Source: Harriotta raleighana (Eukaryota). From it: 64,000 bases of DNA. The notes beneath the pieces were generated by a model. That model was not told the DNA's origin and searched no databases. It worked only from the letters and a program-made list of their open reading frames with translations. Shown here one piece after another: positions 38,351-50,853 of this stretch. The DNA lies in contig JBNZDD010013665.1 of NCBI GenBank assembly GCA_050575255.1, positions 1,882,016 through 1,946,015 on the forward strand, in the 5' to 3' direction. A program made the translations under genes and the position numbers. Every line of letters begins with the position of its first letter. The stretch's first letter is position 1.

Positions 38351-40250
38351 TTATATTCTGTGAAGCACTTTAACTGCCCGTCGCAATGATGGGCTGGTTG
38401 AACATGTCCTGGGGTTCAATGTTCTCATTCAATGGTGAAAAACGATCGCAGCTCTGGTTACAGAAGGAAACCAAAACCTGACCAAGTTACTGTCAACAAC
38501 ACGCAGAAAGATTCCTGAAAATACCAGTTTCAGATGATGCTGAACAACAGCAACGAGGGAAATTTCAGGACTTATTACACCCCGAGTCCTCCCTGGCCAC
38601 AGCTAACTTAAGCGTTAAACCAGAGCCTTGTCTGTACCTGTTCAGGTGGATGTTGAAAATTGTATGGTGCTGTCGCAAAAGGAAGGGAAAATTCTCTCTC
38701 TTGCGTTCTCTCTTTCTCAATCCTCTTACCCAGCTCCTGGTAACCGTGCAAGCCAAAGCCCTAACATGTAGGTTCATCCTAACTGGACAAGCAAGAAGAT
38801 TTCCCTCTTGTTCTCTCTTGTTGTCCTGGTCTTTTATCCCATGGTTGTTTGTGAGACAATGCTGAGTGTAAATTGGTTGCGTGTTTGCCTTCAAAATACA
38901 GTCACAACACTTTTGTGTGAACACTTGTAAAGTGCTTTGAAGCATTTCATTATAATAAATTGAAATAATAAAGCCATAAGTAATGAAGGTTCTCTCTTTC
39001 TTTTTCTCTCTCTCTCCCCCTCTCTCACTCCCTCCCTCTGCCCACCCCCTCAACACCCCCACCGCCCCCTCTCTCTCGTCCTTCTCTCTGTGTAATGTGT
39101 AACGTGGGTTATGGTTGATATAAAAGATTCTGGTGCTAATTATGTTTCCTTTATGACAGATGTGAGTCTTTTTCACAGTAAGTGACCTTGACAGGTTTAA
39201 CACTTTCCGACAGCTACAATGTGTGTCCTTCCCACCAGCCCTCCTGATAACAACAGTTACAGTAAGACGACCCTAGGTAATTTTCTCCCCTCTTTGTGCG
39301 GGTTAATATTTTCCAATTAATTTCAGTGTTATTCGCTGCCTCTCAGGAAAGCCCCCGCGAGGTTACTTTGCAGTAGGTTTAAACCGAGCGCCACAGAGAT
39401 CTTTCCAGTTGAGAAACGCAGCCACCGATGTTCACAAGAAAGTGAAGCTACGCACAGAGCACTCTTGTGCAACCGGCAATGCTGTAAATGACGTGAGCTC
39501 AACGTCAGCCATCACAGCCCTTCTGCTACAGATTGGAGACGTCCGGTTTTGATCTGGCTTCCTGTTTCTCTCTCTCTCTCTCTCGCTCTCGCTCTCTCTG
39601 TCTGTCTGACACTGCCTTCTGCCATATATGTGCGTGTTGGCAGGAAAGGNGAGAGGTTTCTCTCTCTCTCTCTCTCTCTCTCGCTCTCGCTCTCTCTGTC
39701 TGTCTGACACTGCCTTCTGCCATATATGTGCGTGTTGGCAGGAAAGGACTGACGTTGTCTTATTTTTGAACCAAAGAGATTTGTTTCAGTCGGTCAAGAG
39801 GTAATAATTCTTGACCAGAACACTAGGCGATCGGCTGATCACACCGATACAAGTACTTTTGCACAATTTTTTTAAAAACCTTGGTTACATTTATTGACCA
39901 AGTGTCCTGACCGACAAACTCCCGGTTAGACCAGTCTTGTGCACACTGGCCCCCCTTCGCATCCTAGTCTCAGCCTTAAAATCTTAGCCTGAAAAATCTT
40001 GCTTAATTGCATTTTCTTGGCGTCCGACGTGAAAGGCACTACACAATGTAATTTTGTTGTTGTTGTTGTTTCAGAACGTAGCACAGTTGTCAAATTTTTA
40101 GTTAAACTCGGCCTTGGTTTTGAAGTCGTTTCTCTATGAATTCTTTTATGATCCGTGAAGAAAATGCAACTTCAAAATTTAAGCTAAACTGAAGTATTTT
40201 GTCAACTTCTTTCGGTTTTGAAATACTACAATGGTCGAGTCAGTCTAGAG

Positions 40251-40553
40251 CAGTGGTTCTCAACCCTTTTTCAGTAATGTACTCCTTATTAATTTTCAAC
40301 ATAATCGTATACCCCCAACTAACCACACACACACACCACCCCCCTCATTACACTTGCATTTTATGACCAAGCTTGTCTTATATAACAAAATAACTAGCAC
40401 ATACAAAACAAGGGGAATAACAATTAAATATACAATTTGGAAGGCTATAAAATGCTAAATAAGAGCTAAATAAATCAATATACCACCACCTGTACCCCTT
40501 GGAAGTAATTTTGTTCCCCCTGGGGCACATTGTCCTCTGGTTGAGAACTGCTG
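40251..40553. mobile_element. Non-autonomous hAT (Charlie-type) MITE
   Basis: TIRs CAGTGGTTCTCAAC...GTTGAGAACTGCTG; perfect 8-bp TSD GTCTAGAG. Confidence 0.92.
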
Positions 40554-40959
40554 GTCTAGAGGTTCTGGAGATTTTTGTGTGTCGCTAAGGAGAAAGAACA
40601 TGCCAGGCAGGCCAGAGCCTTGCATCTATATATAGCGCTCGATGCAACTCTGTGTAACTTTGAGTTGAGAAGCCTCGACCTGTTGGCCAGCCTGTGAGAT
40701 TTTCCAATATTGGGGTGAATAGTAAGACAATGAAGAGCCAATCCATCTCTCTTCACCCCTCTGGGTTTCTTCCCCTGATGATCCTGAACTGCTGTCACTC
40801 TGACTTAGGCTCTCACTCCTCTCCTCTCCTATGATACGCATTCTCTGACAAGGAGTTCTTCATTAAAGTTTGAGTAATTCGGGGATATTGAAGGTTTCTC
40901 AGAATGTGAAAGCCTAACAAGTTCTCTTTGTCACTCGAAGGCAGCTGCCCCTAACTCAA

Positions 40960-41262
40960 CTTGATATACCATCTTATCACGTTTTTGAGACATCTCAAAG
41001 CGCTTTGCAGAATATATTCTAAAGTGGATTGACCTTGTGTTTGTATATGGGCGAAACATGGCAGCCAATTGCGCACAGTTTATTTTCGGGATTATTGCAC
41101 CAGAAAGCAAACACCAATCAGCTAAGGTTCCTAGCTGGGTAAGCAGAGATGAGAGATGTGTGGGTTAAGGAAACTCGCCTAAAGTTTCGGCCTGCCGGGG
41201 AATTGAACTCGGGTCCGGTCACTTGCGGGGCGGGCTCTCTAACCACCAAGCTACTGGACTCC
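40960..41262 (-). mobile_element. tRNA/Deu SINE, subfamily B
   Basis: Tail, GGCAGCCAATTGCGCACAG core, GGTTCCTAGCTGGGTAAGCAGAG segment, head ending GGACTCC. Confidence 0.78.
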
Positions 41263-43564
41263 ACATTCCCAGCGAATTGGTTAGAATTTGTGCGTCCTTC
41301 ACTCATTCATCTTTGCTATTTTGACGGTCTCGGGGCTGAGAATGGCGAGGTGGGTTTGTTCGAAGCTCGGGTTCTCAGCCGCTCTGTACCAAAATACCTC
41401 TTTGCTGAGCTGAGCTGAGCACGAGACTGCCCGAGATGTCGGCGCCAAAAAGGCGATGAAGGGCCAGAGATGGAGGACAATTAATAGCAGCACATTTTGC
41501 AGTGTGGCGGGGGCGAGGTGGCTGTACGTGACGGGCTCAGCGTGTAATTATAGAGGCCATCGATGCTGCGAATGACTTGCTCTGTGGGCAGCTCTAATGG
41601 AGCCGCATTGCACTGTCTGCGAGAGGCTGTGGCGGGGAATGCGCAGAGTTAATTACGGTGTTCTCGCTCTCAGCAGCCTCGCTCTGGCGTTTTCACATCG
41701 AGTTGCAAGAGGTGCAAGTGCCTCGGTTGGTTTTGAGGCATTAAAAATAAATGAACAAAACTTGAAAATAAAGATGGAGATGAAGGGGACGGGAAAGCTT
41801 GAGCTGCTGTGGTTTAGCAGCAGGTTCACTCAGAGGCCACGTACAGTACAGTCCATATTCCGTTTGGTATTGAGAAGAACACCTGGAGGCTCCTCAGCCT
41901 GCCCTGCGTGAGGCTCTGGTCTCAGTCCCCGGCTGTGCCAGCTCCCATAGGTGCCTCCAGCATGTTGTCCCCCATCCCTCCTTTTCACCCCCTTCCTCCC
42001 TGCATCCCTACCTTCACCCTCCCACTCCTCACCTTCCCCATCATCCATAAATAAAGGATTTCTTACAATCCCCTCTTCATCTACACCGAGTCCCTGATTT
42101 CAGCCCCTCACGCCCTCTCCCCCCACCCCAGCCACCTCCACCACAGCCACCCCCGCCTGGGACAAACCACAATCACTAACACCTGCTGCCCCTCAGCTAA
42201 GATATAGAACAATACATATGCATTTGACATTGCACCTCACAGAACTCCGCTGACAGTCAAGTGCGGCCAGAGTGTATTTTATGCCAATTTGCCCCACAGC
42301 AAGTGACCGGCTGTGTTAGCCCAGAAGCGACCTTGGTTTAACATCTCATCCCAGGGTTCAGCCAGCAACCTCTGGTATATTCCATCCTGAAATCCCTGGC
42401 CTTGCCCCCTCCCTGGCCTCCATCAAGTCTCGCCTCAAGTCTCTCCTCTTCAATGGACCCATCGGCAACTCCTTATCTCCCCCTTCTCCCCACTCTCTTG
42501 TCCTCAGCTCGGGTCTGAAGCAGTAACTGTCCAGTGTCCTTGGGATGTCCTCCTGACGTGAAAGGTGCTATACAAATGTAATTTTGTTGTGGCTGTTGAT
42601 GCCTCAACAGTACAGGGCTCAGCCCACCCACCCTCCCCCCCCCCCCCAGCAATGCACTGACTCTGCAGATTGTAGCTCAAAGTCTAACACGAGGGTTTGA
42701 ACCTACAGTCTTCCGACTCAGATTCGAGAGTGCTACAGGGGAGACAAGAGATAGAGGCTGACTCAATAGGTCTTGTGCGACTTGGAGAAGGCACTTTGCT
42801 TCCTCCTGTGACCTGGGAAGTGAGACCCGATTGAAGTATCCTAGCTGGCCGGTCTGGAACCAGTGAATTCGGTAACCTTTACAGAAGAGACTTCCTCACA
42901 AAAGCCCCCACTGCGTTTGCTCCTGTTTCCCAGCAGCTCGACTGAGAATTACACAAAAACCTGAAGCCTCTGGAATTCCCAGCACTGAGGGATGATCATA
43001 GTGCTGCTGATCTCACACACACACACATACACAACAGTAGGAAGTGTGGCAAACTGGGAAATGATTCAGCTTGATGTCCAGGAATTGACCAGGCAGTTTG
43101 AGGCATCACTGAGGTGAGAGTGCTGCTGGAGGTGTGCCCAGAAGACTTCTGATAAATGGTGTGGCGGGGGGGGGCTGAGAGAGAATGTGTGGTGAAACAG
43201 AGACCTGATTTGAATAGGGTCAAACAAGGTCGGATGGGAAGAGTCCGGTATGCCATTAATTGTTGATCATTGACTGGCCGAAACAGCAGCAAAGAGCGGA
43301 TAGGATGTCCGTCAGTCAACAGGTAAACCGTAACAGATACTGTGAGCTGCTGGCACTAGGAGTGAGGCGAGATCTCTAATGGCTGCTTTGTAACACGAGA
43401 CGACACCCACATTGACATGAGCCACATCATGGTTGTTCCTTGCGTTCCGGAGGCATGCGACCATCGTGCGAATTGTGCCACGTATGTGGTGGCGTGCGTG
43501 ACATGCATCACATACTTGGTTTACTCATGAAGTATTGCCACATCTCGCACGACCATTCGCCTGT

Positions 43565-43680
43565 TCTGACCCGAAATGTTGACTCACTTTCCTTTCTCCA
43601 TGGATGCTGGATGACGTGCTAAGCGTTCCCCACAAGTTTGTTTTTGTTTCAGGTTTGCAGCACCTGTAGTATTTTGTGTT
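43565..43680 (+). mobile_element. Single arm of the Penelope-like element
   Basis: GACCCGAAATGTTGACTCACTTTCCTTTCTCCATGGATGCTG... matches the right arm of the two palindromes. Confidence 0.6.
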
Positions 43681-44067
43681 GTGTCAAAGCGTCTTAATCC
43701 TTTGCCGCAAGCGTATTTACTGGCAAATGTGGGAATCACATTGAATTGTGGGGAATTAAGTTCTTCTGAGCATGCATTGAAGGATCAAGACCACATTTGC
43801 AGAGATTCAATGCATGCAACAACAACAACAACAACAACAACAAAATTACACCTGCATAGCACCTTTCACGTCAGGTGGACGTCCCGAGTTGCTGGACAGT
43901 CACTGTTTCAAACCTGAGCTGAGGACGGGGGTGGGGTGGGGGGAGGGGGTGGGGGGGAAGTGGGGTATTAGGAGTAAACCGATGAGTCCATCGAAGAGGA
44001 GAATTTTGAGGCAAAACTTGAAGGAGGCTGGTAAATGTACACATCCCAATGGGTCAGGACATCATTC

Positions 44068-44368
44068 AATAACAATAATAATCCTTACATTTGATATAGC
44101 ACTTTCCACATCTTCTAGACATCTCAAACTCTTCACTGAATACTGTAAACTGTAAAGTGAGCTGACTGTATATTTTGTGGGCGAAACGTGGCAGCCAATT
44201 GCGAGCAGCAGTGTCCCCACAAACAGTCATGGATTGAAATGATCAAGTTTAATTTTTTTTCACAGGATTATTATCAGGTGTGTGGATTAAGGAAACTTGC
44301 CCAAGATTTTGCCCTGCCTGGAATTGAACCCAGGTCTCCCACTTGCAAGCCACTGAGCTACAGGACTC
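44068..44368 (-). mobile_element. tRNA/Deu SINE, subfamily A
   Basis: Full tail, core and head in reverse orientation. Confidence 0.85.
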
Positions 44369-45084
44369 TATTTCCCGCAATTCAAAGCGGTCCGTTAAGC
44401 GCATGAGTAATGGAGGGTAGGTAGGCAAGGGAAGTGGAGTTACGAGTTAGGGGGTGAGTAGTGCAAATAGTGTGAAGATATCTTAGTGGTTTTGATAGGA
44501 AACTACTTAGGCAAGTGTATGATGTAGAAATGTAAGACTTATGCAAGGTAGTAAAGGTTTATTGTGTTGCCCAGATGAATTCTTGTGCTGGTCGGACTGT
44601 GTGCAGCATAGGAAGGGAACCAGACAGGGAAAGCAAAATCTATCTTCACTTAAAATCTGATTAACTTCCCCAATTCAGTTTCCAACCGTGTCCAGTTCAG
44701 GCTGAGCTGATGCTGGTGAGTGAGGTTCTGTGCTGGTGACGGTGTTATTACAGCGCACACTTCCTCTTAAAAGTCCCGTGAAAGTTACATGAAAGCATGA
44801 GCAAGATGGTCACAGAGACAAACTCCAACCCAAAATACATGACCTTCAGAGAAAGTAACATTGTTAACCCCATAACGCTGGGTTGTGGTAAATGATAATA
44901 ATCCTTGCATGTGATGTGGCGCCTTCTCATGTCTCAAAGCTCTTCATAGAGTGTACTGTAAAGTGAATTGACTGTATATTTTGTGGGAGAAATGCAGCAT
45001 TTCACAGTGATTACCCAATGACATAAGAATGTTACAGCCCTGAAACTGACCCAGCAAGTGCATCCAGTGTGTTATTCTCCCTGT

Positions 45085-45378
45085 GAGTCGTGTAGCTCAG
45101 AGCACTCGCTTCACCAGCGAGAGACCAGCAGGGCGAAATCTTGGGCAAGTTTCCTTACTCCACATGCCTATTAATTATCCCTCCAAAAAAATTATAATAA
45201 TTTGTTCACTCAATCAATGACTTTTTGTAGGACACTGCTGTGCGCAAATGGCTTCCGCATTTCCCAAATATACAGTTAATTCACTTTACAGTACTGTATA
45301 CTCTGTGAAGTGCTTTGAGATGCCTAGAAGACTTGAAAAGCGCTATATCAAATGCAAGGTTTATTATATATTATATTA
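45085..45378 (+). mobile_element. tRNA/Deu SINE, subfamily A
   Basis: Partly deleted head, conserved body and tail. Confidence 0.8.
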
Positions 45379-48289
45379 TTACTGTATATTATTATGAACT
45401 ACCAACAAACCACAAATAAAGCAGTCTATCCCCCCCACACCCCCTTTTCCCCCATCTCTCTTAGCATAGTGGCTGTACCATTGTCCCAGGCTGAGGCAAG
45501 TGCCTGCGTAATAAAAGCAATGGACGACAAGAATAAACGCTCTCACAGCGAAGAGCGTGGAGAATTTTGGGGGCCTCAGGTGTGTTGTAACAAACTGTAC
45601 CTGAATCAATGCTTGTGCAGGGCGAGGGTTAAATCCTTTACGGGTAATTTCCCTGAAGAGCCCAAACCTCCCACCCTTTATCTCTTCCTGTAATGATATC
45701 ATCCCCTTCATTGGAAGAAGGAGTGCGTGAGGTGGCATACGTCAACGCAACCTTCAGGAATCCCTTCAGTCAGTCAGGCTGACTGACGTACACACAACCG
45801 CCTCCAACCCATATTTGGGAACAACTTCACAGCCAGAGTGAAACTATGTGTGTTTGTTTGTGTGTGTGTGTGCACGCGTGTGCACTGTATGAAGGAAGCA
45901 TAGCTATTGTCTGGAAGGTGTGTGTGTGTGTGGATTCATTCTATAATATAAAGGTTTCAAACTAGAGAATTATTGGTTGATTGTTACTGAGGCTGGAATA
46001 CACCGGCTCCCACCACTCCTTGAGACCGATCTTTGCCATTGGTATCGGTCCAATAACGTCAATAAAAATAATATTAATAATAACACTAATCCTTGCATTT
46101 GATTTTACGCCTTTTTACGCTGTTGAGATGTCCCAAATCGCTCCGCAGATTATATACAGACAATTCACTTTACGGTATATTCTGTGAAGCCCCTTGAGAC
46201 GTCTGGAAGACGCGAAAAAAACACGCTAAACGGTATATCAAATGCAAGGATTATTATTGTGAAGTGGATTGACTGTGTACTTTGTGGGCGAAACATCTCA
46301 AAGAAGCTTCACTGGAAATTGCCCTCAGATGCAGTGACTGTATTTTTGCAGGCCCCCTCCCAAACTGTAAATTAGTAAATTATCTGACAGATTGTTGGCC
46401 AGCATACCAGGAGGCCCCACATCTGTGCCTGTTCAAGTGGACGTTTGAGATCCCGCATTGCTATTGAGAAAAAAAGAAAGGAGTTTCTCACTCTCTCTCT
46501 CCTGGTTGACAATCCCCTGGATTAAATCAATCACTCATTTCATAGCAATTTTTGAGACTTTGTTTGTCCGTAAAATACGTAGTCACTACACCTGACACCC
46601 TGCAATTTTTGGGAGTTGGTGACTTGATAAAGAAGTTATTTATTAATACAGAAATAAAAACCCTTTAAACGTGTTAAAGAGCTGAAAGAGAAGAATGGGT
46701 CATTTGTGTCTGAGAACTAAATAAGCATAAATTGGAAATTTCCAGCAAATGGAGGGAACTGAAAGGAAGATTGAATGAATGTTAAATCGGTTCATTGCCC
46801 CTAGCCAGTATCTGCTAATGTCATTCATTGGTTTCTGTTCCAGAAACGATAGAATTGGTGCGTAAACTCAGATGGGAATTTTGTACAGAATAACTTTTTA
46901 AGATACATGTCAGAATGCCCAGAAATGACACACTGTGCCCTTCCCAGAAGAGAAGTTTGAGGCAAGTTCACTCTCTAAATATCCCAAAGATCACAGCAAA
47001 ACAAGCTCATTTTGTCTCTCCCTGGCCCCCCCCTCTCTCTCTCTCTCTCTCCCCCAATAGATCAGTGGTTAGAACATCGCCTTACAAGCGTGAGAACTGT
47101 GTTTGAATTCAGGCAGATCAGAGCGAAACCTTGGGCAAGTTTCCCTTTTTCACATGCCTAATAATAATCCATCCAAAAAACCCACAATGATAAAATTGGT
47201 TAGTTCAATCCACGACTGTTTGTGGGACACTGCTGTGCGCAATTGGTTGCTGCATTTGTTAGAGGAGCAGCCAGGTTTGTGTGTGACAATGGTGGAGGGG
47301 GAGGAGGGCTGTTGAGGATTTGGCTCGAAATGCTATCTGGGGATGGATGAGTTTCTAGGAAGTTTGGAAAGGCGGATTTGGGAGCGGGGGGGCGGGCGAA
47401 GAAGGACGGGGAAAGAATGCGAGAGAGTGTGAGAACAAGTGAGAATCAGCAAGACCGAGAGAGAGAGTCCACCGTTGCTTGTCCAGAAAGCAACTAGCCC
47501 ACCTGCTATGACTTCCACTGTTAACAGGAGCTGAGTGAGAGGATTTCCTGACCCCAATAACTACTCCAAGTCATGCCAATGACCCAGGCTGGCTGAGCAG
47601 TCACCTGCAGTGCCCTGGAGTACTGTGGATCCACCTGGCAAAGGAACCAAGATCACCACAGAAATCTGGATCGATTCCGATATTCCGTTGACAAACACGT
47701 CGCTTTGCATTACAGTTGAGCTCCAGGGAGACTGGAAGAAGGAGTGGAGGAGCAAGAGAGTTGATGATTGCATTTCCTCCTATATCTGGCATCTTAACTA
47801 CTGCTCTGATCATTGCCTCAGCATCTTGCACAATCTCTGAGTTATTTGCAGCTGTTTATTCTCACATAAACTCTCATCTACTGGTGACTAAATCATCTTC
47901 CTTCTTGTGTCAAACTATTGGTTTATTGAGATGTTGCTCAGAGAAGTGCTTTAAATGAGCATGGCCTGTTTCCTTATTAAACCACTGGTGATTGTTGCAA
48001 TAGTTCTTAATCTTGTCATTTAACACCTTAAACATAGTTTACCAGAGATGCTGGTGGACTTTACAGGCATATGCGGCAATGTGTTGCACACATCTTACAA
48101 AATGAAGTACAAATTTTATCCAGAGGTTTGTTGGCCAGGACATCAGGAAAGAGAAATTCCTTTTTCTTTTCCGAAAGTGCTGTGGAGACGTTTAACATCC
48201 ACCTCAACATTGGGTGACCATATTTTGTACACAACATCAGGCATGGGATGCATAATAATAATCCTTCCATTTGATATAGCACTTTTCAC

Positions 48290-48757
48290 ATAGAATCATA
48301 GAATCTTAAGGCACAAAAGGAGGCCATTCTGCCCATCAAGTCTGTGCCAGCTCTTTAAAAAGAGCAGTTTAATCCCACTCCCCAGAGAAACTCTCTCCCC
48401 ATAACTACGCAAACCCGTCCTCCCCAAATAAATGTCTACCTCTCTTTTAAAAGTTGTTATCGAATTGGCCTCCACCACCTTTTCAGGCAATGCATTTCAG
48501 ATTTGAACAAATCTGAGTGAGTGAAAGAATTTCTCCTCACCTCCCCTCTGCTTCTTTTTGAAACTATTTTAAATCTGTGACCATGAGGCACTGATACACA
48601 CACCAGTGCTAACAGTTTTCCTTGTTTACTCTGATCTTAAAAACCTCTATTAGATCTCCTCATAACCTTCTCTGTTCCAATAAGAATAAACCTAACCTCT
48701 CTAGCCTTTCCTCATAGCTGAAGACCCTCATTCCTTGTACCATCCTGGTCAATCTAG
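48290..48757 (-). mobile_element. CR1 LINE 3' fragment inserted in a SINE tail
   Basis: CATAGAATCATAGAAT 3' microsatellite; CR1 C-terminal remnants (ERLERLGLFLLEQRRL); SINE tail sequence on both sides. Confidence 0.8.
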
Positions 48758-50261
48758 ATATCTTCTAGACATCTCAAAGTGCTTCAATAACAAAAAATGT
48801 AACTCACCACAAATCCCGATGCTAGCAATTACTAGGGAAGCTTATTGGATTAATGGTTGTATTTCTCTGATCTACTCCACTACCCCCATTCCACACCGTT
48901 GCCTTTGGTCAGCTGGCTCTGGCCTCCTATTTGTCCCTTGTCCCCTCTGCTCCACCATCGGTGGCTCTGCATTCAGCCAATAGGCCCCAGAACTCTGGAA
49001 CGCTCTTCCTCAATCGCTCCACCTTTACCCCCTCCCACTCCCTCCATGACTTCAAGTCCCACCTTAATTTTTGTCCTTCATCCCAGGCCTGTCCCCAGAA
49101 TCAGTTCCGGGGTCAGTGTTGACAGCAGGCGATACTGTCCTTAAAACCATTGGTTTTATCAAACTGACACAAATAGATGCTTGATCAAAAAGAGAATCTT
49201 CATGGGGTGTCACTGAGCTTTCTCAGAAATAACAGACTTCCAACTTCCTTGTCTCTGTTAGTTTTAACACCTCTTCCCAGCTTTTCACAGCTTGCTGATT
49301 CACTGCCTCTTTCTGCATCAGGACGATATGATGTATGTGCAACACATAACAACAAACGACTGAACTGTTTGTGTAGGAACAAGGTTCACTCACAGCTAAT
49401 CTCCATCTAGCCTCCCCCAGCCACCCACTAGCACCCAATTCCCTTTATTGGAAATCAAAAATAATAATAATAATCCTTTCATTTAATGTAGTGCCTTTTC
49501 GGGTTATTGAGACATTTCAAAGAGCTTCACAGGATATAGTGCAAACTGTTGTGACTATGTATTGTTTGTAGGTGAAATGCGTCAGACAATTTGCACAGAG
49601 CAGTGTAACACAAACAGCCAAGGAGTGAATGACCAATTTTTTTTGTGTGGGGAGGAAAGTTTTTACATCCAGAACACCAGGAGAGATTTGAGAGTAAAAT
49701 ATGAAAGTTTGTGTCTCAGGTTACTGAGTCGACTTCCTGCTGTCGATGAACTTTCATTAGCTCTCAGCCTTTTTTGTGGTTGTTAAAATTAATCTAACAT
49801 CAAATAAACTGTTTCTTGGGGCCTGTGGCAGAGGTTAGAAGCTGAGAAGGAAATGTGTCGAGGGCTTGGGTGGCCGAGACATCGCAGTGGTTTTTGAAGA
49901 TTCACTTTGTGTCCTGTGGTTGGCAGCTCCAGTGCAGTGACTGGTTGAACGTCAGCCCGCCCCCCACCCACCCTCCCCTCCCCTCCCCACCCGCATCCGT
50001 GCTGGGTCTCAGCAGCTTACGTGCTGGATTTTATGAGCGTGTTTACAGGGGTCAGTGTAGCTATGGGTCAGCAACATAGCCCGTTCTAGAGCAAGTGGTA
50101 ACTTTACCTGTACAATAATAACTATCCTGATGCTAGATATAACCTACAACGTCAAAATAGCCCCTGGGGAATTCATGTTACGCTTAGTGATTGTGAGCGC
50201 CTGCATCAGAGGCTTTGTACTTTACAGTCAGTCTCTAACTCACTTTTCGCTACCACCTGGG

Positions 50262-50360
50262 TTTGTGGACGGACAGTGTAGAGGGAGCTTTACTCTGTGT
50301 TCAATCTGTGCTTTCTGAGCTGGGAGTGTGGATGGACAGTGTAGAGGGAGCTTTACTCCC
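50262..50360. repeat. Two ~63-bp-spaced units of GGACAGTGTAGAGGGAGCTTTACTC repeat
   Basis: Direct repeat visible; resembles, from recall, a widespread chondrichthyan tandem repeat. Confidence 0.6.
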
Positions 50361-50472
50361 GGGGGAGTAAACGGTAGGTGACAGCAGTGTAGTGAGGAGC
50401 ACAAATCGAACAGTGAGTGCAAATAACAATAAATGCGCTCGAGGCACAATTTCACTGAAACATAGAAATGAG

Positions 50473-50478
50473 TTTAAT
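50473..50478 (-). terminator. Candidate poly(A) signal (ATTAAA) ending a ~2.9-kb 3'UTR of the PRDM1-family gene
   Basis: ATTAAA on the minus strand at the end of a U-rich tract (50480-50650) rich in miRNA seed matches. Confidence 0.45.
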
Positions 50479-50801
50479 TTAAGTCACGTTAATTAGCTAC
50501 ATCTTGAACATAAATAAAGTGTAAACAGCAAATGTAAACATAACATAGAACATCACAAGATTTTTTCTATAAAAACACATCCACTTAAACACAAACATAT
50601 AAAGTTGAAATAAAAACAGTAACTTTGGTGCAATTTGTATGTCAGTACAATATTCTCTGTAATTTCATCCTGCGGTTCGCCCAAAGACGAGAAATACTTA
50701 AAATATTCTGGCTTTGAACCACCTGATTCCTAACATCGGTCTGGACAGTGCTAGGATACATTTGGTTTGTTATAAACGGGCGTGGACACGGTCCGGTTGG
50801 T

Positions 50802-50853
<52 letters not shown>

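Noticed and set aside
38565-39203. 212-aa minus-strand ORF
   Set aside because: No recognisable domain or clear splice structure; includes low-complexity purine tracts.
39555-39748. ~95-bp tandem duplication with (CT)n
   Set aside because: Single n at 39650 between copies; likely assembly artefact.
41485-41572. miR-15/16-like 5' sequence TAGCAGCACAT with downstream AGGCCATCGATGCTGC
   Set aside because: Only ~6 bp pair and the arms are too far apart for a pre-miRNA hairpin.
42996-43319. ORF with LFRPVNDQQL, faintly like ATG5
   Set aside because: Very short match, opposite strand to that expected from the paralogous locus, and no other ATG5 exons found.
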